Source: Candidatus Egerieousia sp. (GTDB taxonomy: Bacteria; Bacteroidota; Bacteroidia; Bacteroidales; UBA932). Taken from it: a stretch of DNA of 64,000 bases. Where the stretch lies: the NCBI GenBank assembly GCA_035403105.1, contig DAONEN010000001.1, positions 32,184 to 96,183 of the forward strand, given 5' to 3'. The notes below the pieces were generated by a model that was not told the DNA's origin, did no database searches, and saw only the letters and a list, made by a program, of their open reading frames with translations. Below, one piece after another: positions 38,173 through 46,984 of this stretch (positions are counted from its first letter, which is position 1; every line of letters starts with the position of its first letter). The position numbers were made by a program, and so were the translations under genes.

Positions 38173-40389
38173 ATGAAGAGGTTATTTTTTTTATTCCTTC
38201 TTGTATTTCCTTTAACGGCAAATGCATTTTCTGCAAAGTCTGATACCTCAAAGGTCAATCGGCTGGACAGCATAATTGTTTCTGCGGTGCGTGCCGGAGC
38301 AAATACGCCCGTTACATTTTCTACTATATCAAAGGCGCAATTAAAGAGCGTAGCTGCATCTCATTCTCTACCAATGGTTTTGGGCTTTCAACCATCTGTG
38401 GTTGCAACCACTGAAGGCGGTTTGGGCCTGGGATACAGCAAGTTTAGCGTGCGCGGAAGCGATGCCAGCAGAATTAATGTAACGTTAAACGGAATTGCAA
38501 TTAATGATGCTGAGAGTCAGGAAGTTTTCTGGGTCGATATTCCGTCTTTGGGTAATTCCTTGCAGTCTGTTCAGCTTCAGCGTGGTGTGGGGACATCCAC
38601 AAACGGTCCCGGTGCATTTGGCGCAAGCATGAATATGCAGACTTTGACTCCCGCCCGGTATCCGTACGGAAATGCAGAATTTTCATTTGGTTCTTTTAAA
38701 ACATATATCACTGCAATCGGAGCGGGAACCGGTGAGATGAAAAACGGTTTCTCTTTTGACGTTAGATATTCTCATAACAGTACCAATGGTTACATCAGAA
38801 ATGCAAAGGCGGATTTGAATTCACTGTATCTGTCGGGAGGATGGAAAAATGAGAATAACTCTTTCAAAATCACTTATATATACGGAGACCAGGCAACCGG
38901 TATTACATGGAACGGATGTCCGCTGGAGATTTACCATAATAACAGAAGATACAATAGTGCCGGCGAATATTATGATGAGGCAGGTAATGTGCATTATTAT
39001 GATAATGAGACAGATAACTACAGACAGCATCATGTCCAGCTGCACTATATTCATCAGTTTTCTCCGTATGTGACTTTTGATGCAACCGTGCATTATACCA
39101 AAGGAACCGGCTATTATGAAAACTATATTTACAACAAAAAGTTCTCTAAGTATGGTCTTGAAAATCAGATAATTGATGGGGTTGCCCATAAAATGGGAGA
39201 TTTCATTATCAGACAATATATGAACAATGATTACGTTGCTTCCGCCGCCAATGTGAACTATAACAAAAATAAAATTAATGCAACCGCCGGGGCTGCTTAT
39301 TCATTTTACAACGGAGATCATTTTGGTCGTGTTAAATGGAGCAAATACAATCAAAATGTTGCAAATAATTTTGAATGGTATCGCAACAACGGGAAGAAAA
39401 ATGATGTAAGTTTTTATGCAAGAGCTGAATATGAACTTGTCAGCGGACTGACGGCTTTTGCGGATTTACAGTATCGCTATATCTTCTTTAAACTCAGCGG
39501 AATGGATAAAGATTTTATAGGTCTCGACAGAGGTTCGCATTATAACTTTTTTAACCCTAAGGCAGGTCTGACTTACAATATAACGGATAACAGCAAGGTC
39601 TATTTTTCTGTTGCAGCAGGTCATAGGGAGCCAAGCAGAAGTGATGTTAAAGAGTCTATAAAAGCGGGAAAGGCGGATGCAATTAAATCTGAAAGGATGA
39701 TAGATTATGAACTAGGATATAAGTTTGCAAATGAGCATGTTAATGCCGGCATTAATCTATATGCGATGGAGTATAAAAACCAGCTTGTTGCAACGGGAAA
39801 ATTAACGGAAACAGGATATATAATTCAAGAGAATATTCCAGACAGCTACCGCAGAGGGGTTGAGTTGTCCGCCGGTTGGATGCCGTTGGAGAAGTTCTCA
39901 TTAGATGGCAATATCACATTTTCCAAAAATAAACTGAAAAATTATACTCTATACACAGATACATTTGATAATCCAAATGATTGGAATTCCGTCCCTCAGA
40001 CAGCAACATATTACAAGAAATCAAATCTTACCTTGTCTCCGGAACTGATATGGGCGGCGATGCTTTCATATATGCCTGTTAAAACTGCCGTGATATCTTT
40101 AAACGGCAAATATGTAGACAAACAATACATGGATAATTCCTCTTCCAAGGAGGCCGAAGTTCCAAGCTATTTTGTAATGGGATTTAATGCTCAGAAGAGC
40201 TTTAAAATTAAGGGCACCGCTACAGCTACGCTATCTATCTGTGTTGACAATTTATTGAATAATAAATACTATTCTTATGGTTGGATTTATAGAGCAAAGT
40301 TTAAGGATGGTTCTGCGGATAATGTAAGCGGCGGCGTTTACGCTCAGGCAACAACCAATTTTATTGTACGCTTATCATTCAGTTTTTAG
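38173..40389 (+). CDS. TonB-dependent outer-membrane receptor (riboswitch-controlled, thiamine-related)
   Basis: Signal peptide, plug domain (IIVSAVRAG...NVTLNGIAINDAESQEVFWVD), a long beta-barrel and a C-terminal aromatic residue (LSFSF). Confidence 0.85.
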   Translation: MKRLFFLFLLVFPLTANAFSAKSDTSKVNRLDSIIVSAVRAGANTPVTFSTISKAQLKSVAASHSLPMVLGFQPSVVATTEGGLGLGYSKFSVRGSDASRINVTLNGIAINDAESQEVFWVDIPSLGNSLQSVQLQRGVGTSTNGPGAFGASMNMQTLTPARYPYGNAEFSFGSFKTYITAIGAGTGEMKNGFSFDVRYSHNSTNGYIRNAKADLNSLYLSGGWKNENNSFKITYIYGDQATGITWNGCPLEIYHNNRRYNSAGEYYDEAGNVHYYDNETDNYRQHHVQLHYIHQFSPYVTFDATVHYTKGTGYYENYIYNKKFSKYGLENQIIDGVAHKMGDFIIRQYMNNDYVASAANVNYNKNKINATAGAAYSFYNGDHFGRVKWSKYNQNVANNFEWYRNNGKKNDVSFYARAEYELVSGLTAFADLQYRYIFFKLSGMDKDFIGLDRGSHYNFFNPKAGLTYNITDNSKVYFSVAAGHREPSRSDVKESIKAGKADAIKSERMIDYELGYKFANEHVNAGINLYAMEYKNQLVATGKLTETGYIIQENIPDSYRRGVELSAGWMPLEKFSLDGNITFSKNKLKNYTLYTDTFDNPNDWNSVPQTATYYKKSNLTLSPELIWAAMLSYMPVKTAVISLNGKYVDKQYMDNSSSKEAEVPSYFVMGFNAQKSFKIKGTATATLSICVDNLLNNKYYSYGWIYRAKFKDGSADNVSGGVYAQATTNFIVRLSFSF

Positions 40390-40400
40390 TATAACAAATA

Positions 40401-41060
40401 ATGAATTTTAGCTGGATAGAAATACTTGGTTTTGCCGGTGGCATTATTTACACCTTATTTGAAATTTTGCAGCTAAGGGCTATGTGGATTGTAGCTCTTA
40501 TCACCTCAACATCTTATGCTGTAATATTCTATAATCAAGGTATTTATGCCCAGATGGGACTCCAGATATATTTTGTAATAATGAGTTTTTATGGAATTTG
40601 GCAATGGACTTTGCAGCGTAGAAATTATAAGAAGTCATTTGAGCAAAGCAGTTTAGGCAGCACTGTTTCTGAGACCGTAAAGGAGAGCAGTGTTATCTAT
40701 TGTATCCCGACAGGTAAACAAATTACATGGGGCGCTGTCATTCTATGTCTCTTAACTGCAGCTCTTTATATCCTTATCGTATTTTTTAGCAAATTGTTTT
40801 CGCAGTCTCCGGATCCTTACCCGTTTTGGGATGCGCTTGCAACCGCGCTCAGCATATTGGGCACATATTGGCTGAGTAAATCGTACTTGTATCAGTGGTG
40901 GTTGTGGATTGTAGCCGATATCATAATGACGGCGATTTTTTCAATGCAATATGTTGGCGGGCAAAATGGGATGATTCTGTCGGCGATACTATATATATAT
41001 TACGTCATATCAGCATTTTACGGAGTTTTACACTGGAGAAAGAGCGGAGTCAAAATCTGA
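40401..41060 (+). CDS. pnuT: PnuC-family transporter, PnuT-type (thiamine)
   Basis: About 7 TM helices and a PnuC-like N-terminus (IEILGFAGGIIYTLFEILQLRAMW...YGIWQW). It lies in the TPP-riboswitch operon. Confidence 0.7.
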   Translation: MNFSWIEILGFAGGIIYTLFEILQLRAMWIVALITSTSYAVIFYNQGIYAQMGLQIYFVIMSFYGIWQWTLQRRNYKKSFEQSSLGSTVSETVKESSVIYCIPTGKQITWGAVILCLLTAALYILIVFFSKLFSQSPDPYPFWDALATALSILGTYWLSKSYLYQWWLWIVADIIMTAIFSMQYVGGQNGMILSAILYIYYVISAFYGVLHWRKSGVKI

Positions 41061-41123
41061 TTGCCCCGCAAGTCTGTTTTACTTAAAAATTATTAGTAAA
41101 TTTGCCGGACTAAATAGTAACGA

Positions 41124-41975
41124 ATGATTCTAATAGCAGATAGCGGTTCCACAAAAGTTGATTGGTGTGCTCTTAAGGAGGACGGGACCTACAGCATTAT
41201 AAAAACAGCGGGAATCAACCCGGTTTTCATTACAAAAGATAAGATTGTTAACATCTTAAAAGATAAGCTCTTATCGGTGATAGGCACGGAAATCTCTGCC
41301 GTGTATTTTTATGGCGCCGGCGTTGTGTCAAATGGAGTGTGCGGAGATTTGGCGGAGGCTTTTGGAGAAGTTTTTCCCAAGGCCAAATGCGAGTCCGCTT
41401 CTGATATCCTGGCTGCGGCAAGGGCAGTCTGCGGTCACAACAAGGGAATTGCATGTATAATGGGAACAGGCTCAAATTCATGCTTTTATGATGGCTCGCA
41501 AATTACACAGCATGTTAACGCCGGGGGATTCATTCTAGGTGATGAGGCTAGCGGCGGAGTGCTTGGACGTAAATTGGTTTCTGACTATATCAAAGGGATG
41601 CTGCCAAAAGATTTGCAAACCGCATTTACCGGAGAGTATCATCTCGATTATGCGCAAATTGTGGATAAGGTTTATAAACAGCCGGTTCCAAGCAGATTTC
41701 TTGCTTCATTCTCACACTTCATAGAGGCTCACATGGACAGTCCGCATATTGACCATTTATTGCGGTCTAGTTTTAAAGAGTTCTTTACGCGCAATGTTTA
41801 CCAATATGATTATAAGAGCTACAAGGTTAATTTTGTTGGTTCTATTGCATTTGTATTCAGAAAGATACTGGAACAGGTTGCTGAAGAGTGCGGCGTGGAG
41901 ATTGGCATTATAATGCGCTCTCCAATTGAGGGATTAATTCACTATCATCAAATAGACGTTAAAGGAGGAAGATAA
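41124..41975 (+). CDS. BadF/BadG/BcrA/BcrD-type sugar kinase (GlcNAc/MurNAc kinase-like, MurK-like)
   Basis: MILIADSGSTKVDW phosphate-1 motif and GTGSNS. There is a 1-nt gap to murQ. Confidence 0.7.
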   Translation: MILIADSGSTKVDWCALKEDGTYSIIKTAGINPVFITKDKIVNILKDKLLSVIGTEISAVYFYGAGVVSNGVCGDLAEAFGEVFPKAKCESASDILAAARAVCGHNKGIACIMGTGSNSCFYDGSQITQHVNAGGFILGDEASGGVLGRKLVSDYIKGMLPKDLQTAFTGEYHLDYAQIVDKVYKQPVPSRFLASFSHFIEAHMDSPHIDHLLRSSFKEFFTRNVYQYDYKSYKVNFVGSIAFVFRKILEQVAEECGVEIGIIMRSPIEGLIHYHQIDVKGGR

Positions 41976-41976
41976 T

Positions 41977-42798
41977 ATGACAAGAGTAACAGAACAATCA
42001 TCACATTACAGCAACTTGGACAAAATGTCCACGGTTGATTTACTGCGCGGAATGAACAATGAGGATAAACAAGTTCCCATTGCGGTTGAGAAATGTATTC
42101 CACAGATAGAGAAACTAATAGACGGACTTGTGGAGAGGATGGAAAAGGGCGGCAGGCTGTTTTATCTTGGGGCGGGTACAAGTGGACGTTTAGGAATCTT
42201 GGATGCCTCTGAGATTCCTCCAACTTACGGAGCTCCGTTTGATTTGGTAATAGGCCTTATTGCAGGCGGGGATACGGCTATAAGAAAGGCCGTGGAAAAT
42301 GCTGAAGATGATTATAATGGAGGATGGAGAGATTTGGAGAAATTTAATATAAATCAGAATGATACAGTTGTAGGGATTGCAGCAAGCGGTTCAACTCCTT
42401 ATGTAATTGGGGCATGTGTGGATGCAAAAAAGCGCGGACTTCTTACCGGTTGTATTACCTGCAACCCTGATGCAAAAGTTGCAGAAGTTGTAGATGTTCC
42501 CATAGTCGCCGTTGTAGGACCCGAGTTTGTAACCGGCTCTACCAGAATGAAATCTGGAACTGCAGAGAAACTGATTTTAAATATGATTTCTACCTCTGCA
42601 ATGATTAAGCTTGGCCATGTCAAGGGCAACAAGATGGTGGACATGCAGCTGAATAATGCAAAACTTGTTGACCGCGGCACAAGAATGATTATGGATGAAA
42701 CTAAAATAGCAGACTATAACCTTGCAAAATCTTATCTTGTTAAATATGGCTCCGTCCGCAATGCAATTGACAAGTACAAATCTGAACAGGAAAAATAA
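41977..42798 (+). CDS. murQ: N-acetylmuramic acid 6-phosphate etherase
   Basis: SIS domain with LFYLGAGTSGRLGILDASE and GIAASGSTPYV, plus the C-terminal VDMQLNNAKLVDR. Confidence 0.9.
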   Translation: MTRVTEQSSHYSNLDKMSTVDLLRGMNNEDKQVPIAVEKCIPQIEKLIDGLVERMEKGGRLFYLGAGTSGRLGILDASEIPPTYGAPFDLVIGLIAGGDTAIRKAVENAEDDYNGGWRDLEKFNINQNDTVVGIAASGSTPYVIGACVDAKKRGLLTGCITCNPDAKVAEVVDVPIVAVVGPEFVTGSTRMKSGTAEKLILNMISTSAMIKLGHVKGNKMVDMQLNNAKLVDRGTRMIMDETKIADYNLAKSYLVKYGSVRNAIDKYKSEQEK

Positions 42799-42840
42799 CT
42801 GTCGGGATTAAAACTTGATTATCATGCAAATAGAAAACTA

Positions 42841-43461
42841 ATGTTTAAGCAGAATTATTCTTCAAAACTCCTGGAGGAAGCGGTTGACCAGTTTGCAACG
42901 CTTCCGGGGATTGGCAGGAAGAGCGCGCTGCGCATGGCGCTTCATCTGCTTAAGCAGCCGGAGGAAAATATTCACAAGTTTGCCTCTTCTTTTTTGGAAC
43001 TGCGCAAAAATGCAAGGCATTGTTCTATTTGCAATATGATTTCAGATACTGAGATTTGCGGCGTGTGTTCAGACAAACGCAGAGATCATTCTGTGATTTG
43101 TGTGGTGGAGAGCATCAGAGATGTGTTGAGCATAGAAAACACAGAGACTTATAATGGTCTTTATCATGTTCTCGACGGTATCATATCTCCAATGGACGGG
43201 ATTGGACCGTCTGACCTTCCAATTACGCAGCTGGAAGAGAGGCTTAAGAAAGGAGGTGTAAATGAGGTTATTCTGGCTCTCTCTACAAGCATGGAAGGGG
43301 AGACTACTTCATTTTATCTTTACAAGAAATTAAAGAAGTACAATCTTAATATTACGTCTATTGCGCGCGGAGTTGCCTTTGGAAATGACCTGGAGTACAC
43401 AGATCAAGTGACGCTTGCAAAATCAATAGAAAACAGACAACCATTTAAAGCTAACAATTAA
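42841..43461 (+). CDS. recR: Recombination protein RecR
   Basis: HhH motif LPGIGRKSALRMALHLL, a C4 zinc finger (CSICNMISDTEICGVC) and a Toprim domain. Confidence 0.95.
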   Translation: MFKQNYSSKLLEEAVDQFATLPGIGRKSALRMALHLLKQPEENIHKFASSFLELRKNARHCSICNMISDTEICGVCSDKRRDHSVICVVESIRDVLSIENTETYNGLYHVLDGIISPMDGIGPSDLPITQLEERLKKGGVNEVILALSTSMEGETTSFYLYKKLKKYNLNITSIARGVAFGNDLEYTDQVTLAKSIENRQPFKANN

Positions 43462-43472
43462 AGGAGATATAA

Positions 43473-44930
43473 ATGAATTCTACTATCCTTCTGATTACAT
43501 TTTTGGTTTATACCATTTTGCTATTTGCAATTGCTTTTTTGACATCCAGAAAAGCAGATAATAATTCATACTTTACCGGGAACCGCAAATCTAACTGGTT
43601 CTTAGTGGCTTATGGAATGATAGGGGCGTCTCTTAGCGGTGTCTCTTTTATGAGCGTTCCTGGAAATGTCTTCAATGAGAAGTTTTATTATTTGCCAATG
43701 CTTATTGGCATGATCGGCGGCTATGTAATAATAGCAGCAGTGCTTGTGCCTCTTTATTACAAAATGAATTTGACCTCCATTTATACATACTTGGATAAAA
43801 GATTTGGCAATTACAGCTATAAAACCGGAGCCTCTTTCTTCATTATTTCCAGATTGCTGGGGGCAACGGTAAGAACTTTTCTGGTTGTATTTGTGCTGTT
43901 TAATTTTGTGCTGGCGCCATTGCATATTCCGTTCTGGGTTGCTGCGGTAATTTTTGTGCTGCTTGCAATTCTATACACAATGAAGGGCGGAATAAAGACA
44001 ATCATTTGGACCGATATGATTCAGACCTCCTTTATGATAATTGCAGTAGTTGTCTCATTAGTATTTATTTGCAGAGGGATGAATTGGAATTTCTCTGATA
44101 TGGTTTCTAATATTCATGCATCAAATTATTCCAACATTTTTGATACGGACTGGGCATCAAAGACCAATTGGGTTAAGAGATTTTTAAGCGGTCTTGTTAT
44201 CCCTATTGCAATGACGGGACTGGATCAGGCTATGATGCAGAAAAACTTGAGCTGTAAAAATATACACGAGTCTCAAAAAAATATTATGACATCTATTGGG
44301 ATGATGATAATTATGAATATTCTCTTCCTTGCTCTTGGTGCAGTTCTGGCAATTTTTGTGCAGAGCCATCCTGACTTGCTTGCACTGGCAACAACATCTG
44401 CAGGCAAAGTTGAGGCTGATAAAATATTCCCGATAGTTGCATTTAACCTTAAGCCGATAGTTGGGGTTATCTTCTTTGTTGGCTTAATATCAGCAGCTTA
44501 CCCAACGTGCGCAAATGCAATTACATCTCTTACCACTTCTACCTGCATAGATATTGTTGGCATGGAGAAGAGAAACTGGAATGATAAAAAGAAGAAGCAA
44601 GTCCGCCAGATTGTGAACATTATAATGGCCGTTCTTTTTGTTTTGTTGATAATAGTATTTAATATTTTAAAGAACGACGCAGTTATAAACATGGTATATA
44701 CCATTGCATCATATACTTATGGCCCTCTTCTTGGATTGTTTATGTTTGGAATTTTGACAAAGAAGCATATTGCAGACAAAGCTGTGCCTTATGTATGTAT
44801 TTTATCCCCAGTGATTTGCTACTTCCTGCAAACAATGGTATTTGATTTTGGTTTTGCTCTGATTGTTGTATGCGCCCTGCTTACTTTTGCAGGCCTTGCA
44901 ATGTTTGTCAAAAAACCGACAGCGGCATAG
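43473..44930 (+). CDS. Sodium:solute symporter family transporter
   Basis: About 13 TM helices with SSF-like N-terminal organisation. The substrate is not inferable. Confidence 0.7.
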   Translation: MNSTILLITFLVYTILLFAIAFLTSRKADNNSYFTGNRKSNWFLVAYGMIGASLSGVSFMSVPGNVFNEKFYYLPMLIGMIGGYVIIAAVLVPLYYKMNLTSIYTYLDKRFGNYSYKTGASFFIISRLLGATVRTFLVVFVLFNFVLAPLHIPFWVAAVIFVLLAILYTMKGGIKTIIWTDMIQTSFMIIAVVVSLVFICRGMNWNFSDMVSNIHASNYSNIFDTDWASKTNWVKRFLSGLVIPIAMTGLDQAMMQKNLSCKNIHESQKNIMTSIGMMIIMNILFLALGAVLAIFVQSHPDLLALATTSAGKVEADKIFPIVAFNLKPIVGVIFFVGLISAAYPTCANAITSLTTSTCIDIVGMEKRNWNDKKKKQVRQIVNIIMAVLFVLLIIVFNILKNDAVINMVYTIASYTYGPLLGLFMFGILTKKHIADKAVPYVCILSPVICYFLQTMVFDFGFALIVVCALLTFAGLAMFVKKPTAA

Positions 44931-44951
44931 CACACTTTTAAAAGAATTTTG

Positions 44952-44959
44952 ATATTTTT
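44952..44959 (+). promoter_or_regulatory. -7 box TATTTTTG (corA)
   Basis: TAnnTTTG match about 73 nt upstream of the corA ATG. Confidence 0.4.
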
Positions 44960-45031
44960 GCGGAGTTGGCCTAACGCCATCAATGCATTGAAAATGAACA
45001 ACACGCTAATCATAACAAAGGAGGCCGGATT

Positions 45032-45988
45032 ATGATTCAGGTTTTTTACAAATCTAAAGGGCAGATTATCACCACGTCAGATGTTAAGGAACTGACGGAA
45101 AATCTGGGTTTTGATGATGTCCTATGGATAGATTTGTATGAACCTAGCGCAGTTGAAACTAAATCAGTTGAGGAATTTCTAGAGACAACACTACAGAGCC
45201 GTGAACAGGCGGAAGAGATTGAAAGTTCTTCCCGCTATTCAGAGACGGACACGGCAATCTTTGCAAATACGGATTTTATCTCTCCGGGTCCCGACAGTTA
45301 TTCAGAAGAGTCAGTATCATTTGTAATATCAGAGGGTGTGCTTGTTACAACAAGGCAGGCGCCGCTAAGGACTTTTACGGAGTTCCAAAGAAGAATGCTG
45401 AGTTCTTACAAGTTGTATCCTACAGGCTATCATATTTTTGTCGCAATCATGGAGGGAAGAGTAGATTTGGATGCCGATATGATAGAAGTTATGGCCAAGG
45501 AGATAGAAAAATACGGACAGAATATAAGCGTTGGTGCCAAGGTTAATGAAGATTTCTTGCTGGATGTCAATCAAATGCAGGAAAATACGATGAAGGTCAG
45601 GGAAAATATTGTAGACAAGCAGAGGATTGTAACCGCGGTGCTGAGGAGCGATAAGTTCCCAAGCGATATTCGTCCGAGACTTGAGGTTTTGGTGAACGAT
45701 ATTGTCTCTTTGCTGAGCCACACAAATTTTAATTTTGAAAGATTGGAGTATTTGCAGAATACCGTTCTTGGACTAATTAATTTGGAGCAAAACAAAATAG
45801 TTAGAATCTTAACTTTTGTGCAAATTTTATTTATGCCGCCTACTCTAATTGCCGGCATTTACGGAATGAACGTAAAACTTCCAATTTATGGAGAGTTCAA
45901 TGGACTGGTAGACTTTCTTTTGATAATTGTTATTATGCTTATTTCAGTCTTTTTGGCCTCTTTTCTGTTGCGCAAAAAAAATAAATAG
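45032..45988 (+). CDS. corA: CorA-family magnesium/cobalt transporter
   Basis: Cytoplasmic domain plus two C-terminal TM helices carrying the YGMNV (GMN) signature. Confidence 0.85.
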   Translation: MIQVFYKSKGQIITTSDVKELTENLGFDDVLWIDLYEPSAVETKSVEEFLETTLQSREQAEEIESSSRYSETDTAIFANTDFISPGPDSYSEESVSFVISEGVLVTTRQAPLRTFTEFQRRMLSSYKLYPTGYHIFVAIMEGRVDLDADMIEVMAKEIEKYGQNISVGAKVNEDFLLDVNQMQENTMKVRENIVDKQRIVTAVLRSDKFPSDIRPRLEVLVNDIVSLLSHTNFNFERLEYLQNTVLGLINLEQNKIVRILTFVQILFMPPTLIAGIYGMNVKLPIYGEFNGLVDFLLIIVIMLISVFLASFLLRKKNK

Positions 45989-45991
45989 ATA

Positions 45992-46960
45992 ATGGCTGTA
46001 ATAGGAATTGATTTGGGCGGCACCAAAGTATCGGCGGCTGTTTTTAATGAATACGGCAATGTTCAGAATAGAGACATGCGTCTATTGGATGGACGTACTG
46101 GAAGTGCTGTAGGTGAGCTGGTTGTAGAGATAATAAAGAGTCTGGCTGCACAATATGCCATAACCGGCGCGGGGATATGCGTTCCCGGAATTGTGTATTC
46201 AAAAAAGGGAACCGTTTGGGCTCCTAATATTCCGGGCTGGGAGAATTTCCCTCTGAAAAAGTATATTTTTGATGTCATCGGTTCATCAAAAGCACATATT
46301 GCAATTGAAAGTGACAGAACATGTTACATACTTGGTGAAAAATGGAGGGGAGCTGCAAAAGATTGTACTGATGCTATATATATTGCTGTAGGGACCGGAA
46401 TAGGTGCAGGGATTTTGATTGACGGAAGAGTGCTTCACGGAGCAAATGATATTGTTGGGGCAACAGGGTGGATGGCTTTGGAAATTCCTTATAATAAAGA
46501 GTTTGACCAGTGCGGCTGTTTTGAAACTTATGCCAGCGGCAGCGGAATTGGGTATCAGGCCAGAAAAGAATTGGCGGCTTTAAAAGAGACTGTCGGGAGT
46601 GAAAAATTTTCAGAAATTAAAAGTGCATTAAGAGATAAGCCCATTGAGAGCGTGACGTCACATGATGTGTTTGCTTCTTACCCTTCTGATCCTGTTGCTG
46701 TTAAAGTGTTGAGCAAAGCGATTCAGATGTGGGGAATGGGAGCTGCAAATCTTGTCAGTCTGTTTGATCCGCAGAAAATAATTTTTGGCGGAGGAGTGTT
46801 TGGGCCGGCAGTACAGTTTATTCCGCAGATTTATAATGAGGCGTGCAAATGGGGGCAGCCAATATCAATGAAGAGCGTCAAGTTTTGCGCAACTGAGGTT
46901 CAGAGTGATGCGGCTCTTTTGGGAGCTGCGTATCTTGTTCTTGGAAAGGAATTTATTTAA
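45992..46960 (+). CDS. ROK-family sugar kinase
   Basis: IGIDLGGTK ATP-binding motif and GTGIGAGILIDG. The Cys-rich ROK motif is only partial (QCGCFETYASG). Confidence 0.75.
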   Translation: MAVIGIDLGGTKVSAAVFNEYGNVQNRDMRLLDGRTGSAVGELVVEIIKSLAAQYAITGAGICVPGIVYSKKGTVWAPNIPGWENFPLKKYIFDVIGSSKAHIAIESDRTCYILGEKWRGAAKDCTDAIYIAVGTGIGAGILIDGRVLHGANDIVGATGWMALEIPYNKEFDQCGCFETYASGSGIGYQARKELAALKETVGSEKFSEIKSALRDKPIESVTSHDVFASYPSDPVAVKVLSKAIQMWGMGAANLVSLFDPQKIIFGGGVFGPAVQFIPQIYNEACKWGQPISMKSVKFCATEVQSDAALLGAAYLVLGKEFI

Positions 46961-46984
46961 ACTTAAACAATATATTTTAATCAT

